Origin: Escherichia phage D6
Strand: one strand, 5' to 3'
DNA: 64,000 nucleotides
Sequence record: NC_050154.1
Made by a program: the position numbers and the translations under genes. How positions within the stretch are numbered: position 1 is the stretch's first letter; each line of letters starts with the position of its first letter. Below are positions 1-7,648 of this stretch, piece by piece. The notes beneath the pieces are model-generated. The model had not been told where the DNA came from, did not search any database, and was given only the letters and a program-made list of their open reading frames with translations.

Positions 1-538
1 CGCGGTCTACATCTGTGAGTCTTTCTCGCACCAGTACGGGCATAGACATTTGCGAAATTTCGTCAGGATTCAGACCAAACTCTTTCGCATGGTCGATCAG
101 GTACTGGCGATACTCATCCGCCTGTCCTTGCTCATAGGCACGCCAGATACCCATACTCCTTCCGTTGCCGGATTCAACAACGTTGTCCGGACCAACTATC
201 GGCGCTCCGTGGCTGCTCATACCGGAATCCATTAATTGTGCCGGGCGTAAATCGGAGGCAATACGGTTAACCTGGAGTTTGCTGGATAGCCGGGTACGAT
301 CTCGTGGTTGGAGTTCTTCCGGGAAGGCCGGGTTAATCGTACCGTCAAGGTTGTTCGAAATGATCAGACTGCTGGCATCAACGACCTTAAAAGCCGTCTT
401 TACCTCTGCACCTTTGCTGGTGACTACGTAGCTACTTCGCCCCAGGCGTGTTTCTTTCCTCTCTAATGAAGAAACCAGAGCAATGACGCTGTTAATATCT
501 GCGGCCTCGGAAAGCGCAGAAGTAACTGATTTGTTCAA
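1..538 (-). CDS. hypothetical late-operon protein, truncated by window start (N-terminal ~179 codons present)
   Basis: Own translation: minus-strand frame open from about 538 to position 1 with no stop; GGAG 6 nt upstream of a TTG; absent from ORF track because no stop lies in the window. Confidence 0.4.
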   Translation of the reverse strand, partial: MNKSVTSALSEAADINSVIALVSSLERKETRLGRSSYVVTSKGAEVKTAFKVVDASSLIISNNLDGTINPAFPEELQPRDRTRLSSKLQVNRIASDLRPAQLMDSGMSSHGAPIVGPDNVVESGNGRSMGIWRAYEQGQADEYRQYLIDHAKEFGLNPDEISQMSMPVLVRERLTDVDR

Positions 539-577
539 AATACACTCCAACTATAGAGAAAGCTGTGAGTGTAAAAA

Positions 578-590
578 GAGTGTGATTTAT
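578..590 (-). promoter_or_regulatory. candidate late-promoter box (AAATCACA core, read on minus strand)
   Basis: Member of a motif family found upstream of several minus-strand late operons; here upstream of the truncated gene. Confidence 0.4.
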
Positions 591-632
591 GTGAGAACAG
601 AGAAGTGAAAGGGGCATTTCACCCCCTTTTGA

Positions 633-1007
633 TTACCCGGCATAACCGTTGGCTTTCACCCAGCTTATGGTCTGCTCTTTAGCCTGCTCCAACGTAAGGA
701 ATTCACCAACATAGTTTGAGATCCCACGCAGCGCATCAATAAATTCCATTTGTGTGGACTTTGTGAACACGCCGCCCAGGAAGTCAGTCACTATCTTAGG
801 AACTTCATCTGCAACAGGATCAGACTGTGGTTGTGGTTGCGGTTCCGACATCGGTTGAGCGGCAGTACCCAACCCCAGTTTAAGCATCAGATCAACAATC
901 TGCTTACCAATGGCGACGCGTTGTAATACTGGCGCGGTTTTCTGCGCCTGCATTAAATCTGATAGCTCTTTACCCAATTTCAGACGGTCTAAAACAGAGA
1001 TAGTCAT
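633..1007 (-). CDS. hypothetical protein (dar-operon-like small protein)
   Basis: 124-aa ORF; its start abuts the end of the upstream gene (coupled). Confidence 0.55.
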   Translation of the reverse strand: MTISVLDRLKLGKELSDLMQAQKTAPVLQRVAIGKQIVDLMLKLGLGTAAQPMSEPQPQPQSDPVADEVPKIVTDFLGGVFTKSTQMEFIDALRGISNYVGEFLTLEQAKEQTISWVKANGYAG

Positions 1008-2983
1008 TAAGCACCTCCCTGCTGAATTTCAGCCAGAATGTTGATCAGGTAGTCAACTGCTGCGCCAACCGTTGATTCGTTCTCGTCGTATCGACCAGCA
1101 CTGATAAGAGCGTTTGCAGCTTCCTGCACATGGTCAAGTTCGGCACTGATTACCGTCAGATCGCGAGATGTAAACTGCACCGGGACGGATTTAAGGTACT
1201 CCAACGCTTTATCTGCTTCCTGATCAGCTTCAGTTGCCGCTTCTTCAGCGTCTTCCGGCGTTGGCTGTTGCTCTGGTGCTGTTTGTGGGTGTGATTCTGG
1301 CTCAACTACAGGTGCTAATTCAGGATCTGGCGTTACTTCGTTTGAATGATTTTGAAGGGCGTTATATACGTCCATAATGAAAAGGTTCTCCCCATCACCA
1401 AGTGGATACGCCACGTTTGGAAACGCTTTGCGGAAAAGAATTTTCACTTGCGCCTTGAATGTTTTCAGGTCACTGCCAAACAGGTCTACATAGCCATCAA
1501 TATGTTTCGACATGCTGGACACAACCAATTGGCCTGCAAAATCTTTCAGCTCATCTTCATCAGGAAGATAGAGCAACTCGTACTGGCTGACTTCTTCATC
1601 TGTCAGTTTACGGTCATACGTAATGATACCGTGACGAGCATATTCGTAATACTGATCAGCCTGGTCAGGACGATCAAGCACGGCTTTATTTCCATCCGGC
1701 ACAGCACCAACACCAGCCGGGCGAGATAGAAGTGCATAGTGGTATTTACCTACATCCTGGCTCTCTGGTTGTGATACTGGGTTCGTCTCGGGGTCTGTCT
1801 GTGGTGGTTCGGGGTCTTCCTGCTGGCCTGGTAACACATCAACTTTATATTTATCTGCGTTATGCTCTCGGTAGGCTTTAAGTAATTTGGTTGCAGCATC
1901 TGCCAAACTGCCTCCTTTGACAGCACTGGCATTAATACTGAATTTACCTTCAGGTGCTACTATCGTAACGAAATTGTCACTGCCGGACGTGACATAATTA
2001 ACTTCAGCGCCATTATCCAGCACTGTTTTTCCGTCAATGGCAAGATTATGTTTTACATGTCGCAGCTGGTCGCTAAACGCTCGTTCTTTCGTTTTTTCAC
2101 CTTTAGCAGACAACAATTTATCGCGTGTTGCTTGTAATTCCTCGTTGATGGCTTTCTGGGCATCAAGTTTTTTTTGCATCTCCGTAAGAGCAGCACGCTT
2201 TTCAGTCAGCCCACGTTGCGCAACTTCCACCTGATCAATCATTATTGACCGTTCTTCTGCCAGTTTATCTGCTTCATTGAGATAACTCTCAATATCTGCC
2301 TTCATTTTGTCCTGGCGCTCTTTTGCTTTCTTAAATTTTTCGCTGTTACGCTCAATCAAATTAGATAGCGCCTGGCATACCTGGCTTAAAGAAACATCTC
2401 TCCCACCAATCGGGGCGACAACGTGAGTTACGTTACGCTTATTAAGTAAAAACTGAAATGCAACAAGCTCGTCGTTACTCTTTATTTTTGCCCCGTCAGC
2501 TGTTGGAGAGTGGAAAATTATGCTTGTACTCTGCCCGTCAGTAAGCGGTATCTGCGCGGTCAAAACAGGGATATTAGCTACCCGACGTACACGACCGATA
2601 ATCGCACCACCAATACAATTACGTCCATTTTCATCGGTCCCAGCTTCATCAGTCCCTGCCATAATATTCGTACCATTCAGGCCACGATTCAGCGCACGGA
2701 CGAAAGCTCGCATTGTTTGAGCTAACCGAATTCTGGTTGTAGTTATGGACTCAAACATAGCTTCGTCAGACACAACCAGAATTTCATTGCCCATATAGGC
2801 AAGCTCAATATCTTCTAAGGTCGCCGCCTCAAAAATCAGGTCATCTTCGCTTAATTCTTCTGAAGACCAGCGACTTGGCATATAGCCGGGGATCGTATCA
2901 GCAAAAGTAGACTGAATATTAATTCGTAAAGGATTGTTAATCATGCTCATCCTCCAGGCGCGCGATTTCTTCTTTAAGAGCAC
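1007..2983 (-). CDS. large coiled-coil virion protein, DarA-like (name tentative, from size and position next to lyd-like genes)
   Basis: 658-aa ORF, acidic Pro/Glu-rich N-terminus, central coiled coil; position matches the P1 lydA-lydB-darA arrangement. Confidence 0.55.
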   Translation of the reverse strand: MLLKKKSRAWRMSMINNPLRINIQSTFADTIPGYMPSRWSSEELSEDDLIFEAATLEDIELAYMGNEILVVSDEAMFESITTTRIRLAQTMRAFVRALNRGLNGTNIMAGTDEAGTDENGRNCIGGAIIGRVRRVANIPVLTAQIPLTDGQSTSIIFHSPTADGAKIKSNDELVAFQFLLNKRNVTHVVAPIGGRDVSLSQVCQALSNLIERNSEKFKKAKERQDKMKADIESYLNEADKLAEERSIMIDQVEVAQRGLTEKRAALTEMQKKLDAQKAINEELQATRDKLLSAKGEKTKERAFSDQLRHVKHNLAIDGKTVLDNGAEVNYVTSGSDNFVTIVAPEGKFSINASAVKGGSLADAATKLLKAYREHNADKYKVDVLPGQQEDPEPPQTDPETNPVSQPESQDVGKYHYALLSRPAGVGAVPDGNKAVLDRPDQADQYYEYARHGIITYDRKLTDEEVSQYELLYLPDEDELKDFAGQLVVSSMSKHIDGYVDLFGSDLKTFKAQVKILFRKAFPNVAYPLGDGENLFIMDVYNALQNHSNEVTPDPELAPVVEPESHPQTAPEQQPTPEDAEEAATEADQEADKALEYLKSVPVQFTSRDLTVISAELDHVQEAANALISAGRYDENESTVGAAVDYLINILAEIQQGGA

Positions 2984-3572
2984 GTGTCTTAGCTACTTCC
3001 TGAGACAAGGCAGCTTTAACATTACCCGTATCTTGCATTACTTTGTCTGACTTGCTCTGGAGTTTAGACAGTTTGTCGTTAGCATTAGCGATATCTTCAC
3101 GGAGTGCATCACGTGATTCTTTCGCTTCAGCTAATTTCTGAGCGTTAGATTTAACTCCCTGCCGCTTCTTATTTCCGTCATCAATATTTTTTGCTGCACG
3201 AGCAAGTTTTCGAGCTAATGACTTCTGGAAAGAAGTTGCTCCACGATTAAATAAAGCCGCAAGAGATTGCCCCAAAGCCGACATTGTTTTTACTGGCTTG
3301 AACGGTACTGTTTTACCATTCAGTTTGATCCCAGATATATCACCGGTATCGTTAACCTGAACTTCCATTGTCTGTTCATCAATACCAATAAGGGTAAACG
3401 TGCGCGTCATGATCCCATCTTTCTTCCTGCCATTACTTGCAGGGATCACCCTCGCTATCTTGTAACCACCTTTGCTGATTTCTTTGACGAGTTTTGACAG
3501 CCCCTTTTCGTTTAACTCATCATAATTAAGAAGAACATAATTATTTTTATTTGACATCCCAGTCTCCTTCAC
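2937..3572 (-). CDS. hypothetical coiled-coil protein
   Basis: 211-aa ORF in the same operon; coiled-coil C-terminus. Confidence 0.5.
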   Translation of the reverse strand: MKETGMSNKNNYVLLNYDELNEKGLSKLVKEISKGGYKIARVIPASNGRKKDGIMTRTFTLIGIDEQTMEVQVNDTGDISGIKLNGKTVPFKPVKTMSALGQSLAALFNRGATSFQKSLARKLARAAKNIDDGNKKRQGVKSNAQKLAEAKESRDALREDIANANDKLSKLQSKSDKVMQDTGNVKAALSQEVAKTRALKEEIARLEDEHD

Positions 3573-3993
3573 GCTTTTCGATCGTAAACTGGCGCTCTAT
3601 GCAGTCATTGATAGGGAAAATGCGATAAAGCGGATTCAGTCGGCAGTTACCGTTAGTCAATGTGACTTTCAGATCCCACTTCGTTGGCTCAAGATATTTC
3701 GTATCGATGAGCAAATACTCTTCTCTCTCACCGCGTTTTGAGGCGTCAACTGGTCGCGTTTTCCCTGAAATAACCACAGATGGATTTTTCAGGTCTTGCA
3801 ACCAATATTCGATTTGAGCATTGCTCACCCAGCTTCGCTTAACACGTAGCGAAACAGGAAATGCTATAGCGGATTCTTTCACTACAGCGTCACCAATACT
3901 CAAAATCTCAACACTCTTGCGACGAAAAATGAAACGGTCAATGATGGCAACAAATGCCATGATAAAAATGAAATAATTTCCAAAGTTACCCAT
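3547..3993 (-). CDS. putative antiholin/lysis regulator (LydB-like)
   Basis: 148 aa with one N-terminal hydrophobic segment; immediately downstream of the holin-like gene. Confidence 0.45.
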   Translation of the reverse strand: MGNFGNYFIFIMAFVAIIDRFIFRRKSVEILSIGDAVVKESAIAFPVSLRVKRSWVSNAQIEYWLQDLKNPSVVISGKTRPVDASKRGEREEYLLIDTKYLEPTKWDLKVTLTNGNCRLNPLYRIFPINDCIERQFTIEKREGDWDVK

Positions 3994-4319
3994 TATTTCT
4001 CTCCACCTTTTCCCCCATTCGCTATTACGCTTAAGAGATTCAAGACGTTACTAGCTCTGGACTTCAAGCCCTGTAAAATTTCACTACCGTTGTTACTGGC
4101 AATCAGAACAACGCAGAAAATGATACCTTCAGGCCATTCTTGGCTAACCGCCACCCCATACCCCGCAAGCCCGGCTGTTACCGCAGTAAACAATTCACTC
4201 GCAAGATTGAGCAGGGACGCAGAAATGCGCCCGTCTCTAACTCCGAGAAGGAATACGCCGGTTCCACTTAGTAGGGATGTTATGACTACTACAGCCAGAT
4301 TTTCATAATCTGCAAACAT
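3993..4319 (-). CDS. putative holin (LydA-like)
   Basis: 108 aa with several hydrophobic segments and a charged C-terminus; first gene of the late lysis/dar operon. Confidence 0.5.
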   Translation of the reverse strand: MFADYENLAVVVITSLLSGTGVFLLGVRDGRISASLLNLASELFTAVTAGLAGYGVAVSQEWPEGIIFCVVLIASNNGSEILQGLKSRASNVLNLLSVIANGGKGGEK

Positions 4320-4359
4320 ACCCCTCCAGAAATAACATCTAATGCGCCACTAACTTAGT

Positions 4360-4374
4360 CAGTTTGTTATTTCC
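4360..4374 (-). promoter_or_regulatory. candidate late-promoter box (GGAAATAACAAACTG on minus strand)
   Basis: One mismatch to the box seen at 10964 and 44949; upstream of the holin-like gene. Confidence 0.45.
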
Positions 4375-4424
4375 TTACAGGACATCTTCTAGAATCTCCC
4401 CCCTTAACATACAAGGGGGGACAT

Positions 4425-4985
4425 ATGCTTATTGGATACATTCGCGTATCAACTAATGACCAAAACACCGCTTTACAACGAAACGCCCTTGAAAGCGCAG
4501 GATGTGAGCTAATTTTTGAGGATAAGGCGAGCGGCAAAAAGGCTGAACGCCCAGGGTTAAAAAAGGTTCTGCGTATTCTTTCCAGAGGTGACACCCTGGT
4601 CGTATGGAAGTTAGATCGCCTTGGGCGCAGCATGCGTCACTTGGTTGTGCTGGTGGAAGAGCTGCGTGACAGAGGCATTAACTTCCGGAGTCTCACTGAC
4701 TCCATCGACACCAGTACACCAATGGGGCGCTTTTTCTTTCACGTAATGGGTGCGCTGGCAGAAATGGAACGTGAGCTTATCATTGAACGTACACGCGCTG
4801 GACTTGATGCAGCTCGCGCAGAAGGTCGTATAGGTGGGCGTCGGCCTAAATACCAAGAAGAAACATGGCAGCAAATGCGGCGATTGCTGGAGAAGGGCAT
4901 CCCTCGTAAGCAGGTTGCAATCATCTATGATGTGGCTGTTTCCACGCTTTATAAGAAGTTTCCGGCATCATCATTTCAATCCTAA
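4425..4985 (+). CDS. cin: serine DNA invertase, Cin/Gin/Hin/Pin family
   Basis: MLIGYIRVSTNDQNT...LVVWKLDRLGRS...GINFRSLTDSIDTS...IPRKQVAIIYDV; resolvase/invertase N-terminal catalytic motif and C-terminal HTH; AGGGGGG-type RBS. Confidence 0.95.
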   Translation: MLIGYIRVSTNDQNTALQRNALESAGCELIFEDKASGKKAERPGLKKVLRILSRGDTLVVWKLDRLGRSMRHLVVLVEELRDRGINFRSLTDSIDTSTPMGRFFFHVMGALAEMERELIIERTRAGLDAARAEGRIGGRRPKYQEETWQQMRRLLEKGIPRKQVAIIYDVAVSTLYKKFPASSFQS

Positions 4986-5003
4986 ACCTTGGTTTAAGAG
5001 AAC
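4978..5003. other. cix-type crossover site, left, overlapping the cin stop
   Basis: Imperfect 26-bp palindrome AATCCTAAACCTTGGTTTAAGAGAAC sharing ACCTTGGTTTAAGAGAA with the site at 9242. Confidence 0.7.
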
Positions 5004-5597
5004 TCGGTACCAGTGGTGAAAAGATCCCCCTGTTGAGTACGGCTAACACATGGAGTGCGCGCCAGACTTTCAATGGCGGGATCACCGGGGCGCTGATAGG
5101 GAACGCCGACACCGCGACGAAATTGAAAACAGCCATAAACATTAATGGCGTCAGGTTCGATGGTTCGGCTGACATTAATATCAATACTCTGGTATCGCGT
5201 GGTCGCGTAACGGCTCTGGGGGCGAATGCACAGGGGACATCCGGGATTCAGCTGTATGAGGCATACAACAATGGCTATCCTTCCCCCTATGGCAATGTGC
5301 TTCACCTTAAAGGTGCCACCGCTGCTGGCGAAGGTGAATTATTCATTGGCTGGAGTGTCTCGAGCGGTGACCATGCGCCCGTACATATCCGTTCGCGGCG
5401 TGATATTGATTCTGCCAACTGGTCTGAATGGGCACAGGTCTATACGTCAAAAGATTCAGTTCCCGGCGTTAATGCCAAAGGGAATCAGGATACCTCTGGT
5501 AATGCGGCTACAGCGACCAAATTGCAGACGGCGTGTACTATCAACGGTGTCTCGTTTGATGGTTCTAAAAACATTGAGCTAACGGCGGAAGATTTAA
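4997..5597. repeat. ~0.6 kb inverted repeat, left copy
   Basis: Encodes GTSGEKIPLLSTANTWSARQTFNGG...NIELTAEDLNL, near-identical to an internal segment of the 941-aa tail fiber on the opposite strand. Confidence 0.8.
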
Positions 5598-6553
5598 ATC
5601 TTGAGCAAACCGTAGAATTAGCCGCAGGAGCATTGCAGAAAAACCAGAACGGTGCAGATATTCCGAATAAAGATAAATTCATACAAAACACAGGGGCCTG
5701 TCGTGCATTTAGCGGTCAGACTGATATCGATGGTTCACAAGGTGAATGGTCGACAGTTGCATTTATCTCGTGGCTGGAGAATAACGGAGCTTTCCGACAT
5801 CCATACTGGATGTGTAAAGGGTCATGGTCCTATGCCAGAAACAGGGTTATTACGGATACCGGTTGTGGAAATATCTGCCTTGCCGGAGCCGTGATTGAGG
5901 TTATGGGAACCCGCGGCGCAATGACCATACGCGTTACCACGCCGAGCACGTCCAGCGGTGGCGGAATCACTAACGCTCAATTCACTTATATTAATCATGG
6001 TGATGCTTACGCTCCTGGCTGGCGACGAGACTACAACACGAAAAACCAGCAGCCTGCATTTGCTTTAGGGCAAACAGGACGCAGGGTCGCAAATGATAAA
6101 GCTGTTGGCTGGAACTGGAATAGCGGCGTTTATGATGCAGATATCAGTGGCGCATCGACATTAATCCTCCACTTTAATATGAATGCGGGGAGTTGCCCTG
6201 CTGTACAGTTCCGCGTGAATTACAGAAATGGCGGTATCTTTTATCGTTCAGCGCGTGATGGTTATGGCTTTGAAGCTAACTGGTCAGAGTTTTACACCAC
6301 AACACGCAAACCCTCTGCGGGAGATGTTGGTGCATATACGCAGGCAGAATGTAACTCAAGGTTTATTACAGGTATTCGCCTTGGCGGTCTGTCATCTGTT
6401 CAGACATGGAATGGTCCTGGCTGGTCTGACAGGTCAGGTTATGTCGTTACTGGTTCAGTTAACGGAAACCGTGATGAATTAATTGATACAACTCAGGCAA
6501 GGCCAATTCAGTATTGCATTAATGGAACGTGGTATAACGCGGGGAGTATTTAA
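5033..6553 (+). CDS. alternative tail-fiber variable C-terminal cassette (Sv'-type), silent in this orientation
   Basis: N-terminal ~190 aa equal the shared repeat, C-terminus diverges; no RBS or promoter of its own. Confidence 0.75.
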   Translation: MSTANTWSARQTFNGGITGALIGNADTATKLKTAININGVRFDGSADININTLVSRGRVTALGANAQGTSGIQLYEAYNNGYPSPYGNVLHLKGATAAGEGELFIGWSVSSGDHAPVHIRSRRDIDSANWSEWAQVYTSKDSVPGVNAKGNQDTSGNAATATKLQTACTINGVSFDGSKNIELTAEDLNLEQTVELAAGALQKNQNGADIPNKDKFIQNTGACRAFSGQTDIDGSQGEWSTVAFISWLENNGAFRHPYWMCKGSWSYARNRVITDTGCGNICLAGAVIEVMGTRGAMTIRVTTPSTSSGGGITNAQFTYINHGDAYAPGWRRDYNTKNQQPAFALGQTGRRVANDKAVGWNWNSGVYDADISGASTLILHFNMNAGSCPAVQFRVNYRNGGIFYRSARDGYGFEANWSEFYTTTRKPSAGDVGAYTQAECNSRFITGIRLGGLSSVQTWNGPGWSDRSGYVVTGSVNGNRDELIDTTQARPIQYCINGTWYNAGSI

Positions 6554-6555
6554 TT

Positions 6556-7089
6556 ATGATGCACTTAAAAAATATTACTGCTGGCAACCCTAAAACAAAA
6601 GAGCAATACCAGCTAACAAAGCAATTTAACATCAAATGGCTTTATTCAGATGATGGAAAAAACTGGTATGAGGAACAAAAGAATTTCCGGCCAGACACTT
6701 TGAAAATGGTCTATGACCATAACGGCGTTATTATTTGTATTGAAAAGGATGTTTCAGCAATTAATCCGGAAGGCGCAAGCGTCGTTGAATTACCTGATAT
6801 TACAGCAAATCGCCGGGCTGATATTTCGGGTAAATGGATGTTCAAAGATGGCGTAGTGATAAAGCGAACTTATACCGAGGAGGAACAGAGGCAGCAGGCA
6901 GAGAATGAAAAGCAAAGCCTGTTGCAACTTGTCAGGGATAAAACCCAGCTATGGGACTCACAGCTACGGCTGGGTATCATTTCCGACGAGAATAAACAAA
7001 AATTAACCGAGTGGATGCTCTATGCGCAGAAGGTCGAATCCACAGACACCTCCAGCCTGCCAGTAACGTTTCCAGAACAACCAGAATGA
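6556..7089 (+). CDS. tail fiber assembly chaperone, alternative copy (U-type)
   Basis: 177 aa, paralogous to the 176-aa ORF at 7118..7648 ([22 protein letters not shown]...ITANRRAD). Confidence 0.8.
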   Translation: MMHLKNITAGNPKTKEQYQLTKQFNIKWLYSDDGKNWYEEQKNFRPDTLKMVYDHNGVIICIEKDVSAINPEGASVVELPDITANRRADISGKWMFKDGVVIKRTYTEEEQRQQAENEKQSLLQLVRDKTQLWDSQLRLGIISDENKQKLTEWMLYAQKVESTDTSSLPVTFPEQPE

Positions 7090-7093
7090 AACA

Positions 7094-7110
7094 AGGCCCG
7101 CTATCGGGCC
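7094..7110. terminator. bidirectional hairpin between the two convergent chaperone genes
   Basis: GGCCCGCTATCGGGCC followed by a T-run. Confidence 0.6.
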
Positions 7111-7117
7111 TTAATTT

Positions 7118-7648
7118 TTATTCAGGCTTTTGTGGCCATTCAGGATTTGCCGTATCCACACGGCTGACCAGAACACTGTAGCGTTCCCATGACTCCAGTC
7201 GTGCGCGTTCCTCATCCGTCGCCATATTCAGTCTGACAGCGCGTTCCAGTGGCTGAATAACGTTTTCTGCTTCGGAAAGTAACGCGGCCTTTTGTGATTC
7301 GGCCTGTTGTTGTTGCTCGTCTGCCGTATAAATCCGTTTAACCACAGCTCCGTCCTTAAACATCCACTTCCCTGAATCATCGGCACGACGATTGGCTGTT
7401 ATATCTGGAATCTCAACGACGCTAAAGCCTTCGGGATTAAGCGTTGAGGCATCTTTGGTTATGGCAACAATAATATTATTTTCGTCGTATACAATCTTTA
7501 TGGTGTCGTCCTGAAAGTTATTTACTTCTTCATACCAGTTTTTACCGTCTTCGGACCATAACCAGATAACATCAAAATTCTTTGTTAGCTGATATTGTTC
7601 TTTCGTTTTAGGATTTCCAGACTTAATATTTTTTAAATGCTGCATCAT
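7118..7648 (-). CDS. tail fiber assembly chaperone (U'-type), expressed orientation
   Basis: 176 aa directly downstream of the tail fiber gene; paralog of 6556..7089. Confidence 0.8.
   Translation of the reverse strand: MMQHLKNIKSGNPKTKEQYQLTKNFDVIWLWSEDGKNWYEEVNNFQDDTIKIVYDENNIIVAITKDASTLNPEGFSVVEIPDITANRRADDSGKWMFKDGAVVKRIYTADEQQQQAESQKAALLSEAENVIQPLERAVRLNMATDEERARLESWERYSVLVSRVDTANPEWPQKPE

Noticed and set aside
50-431. Plus-strand ORFs 50..235 and 165..431 at the window start
   Set aside because: The opposite strand carries a long uninterrupted frame in operon with the downstream late genes; the plus-strand ORFs are likely spurious.
5033-6553. Sv'-type ORF as an independently expressed tail fibre gene
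   Set aside because: It begins inside the inverted repeat with no RBS or promoter and duplicates an internal segment of the 941-aa fibre; it is the silent alternative C-terminal cassette.
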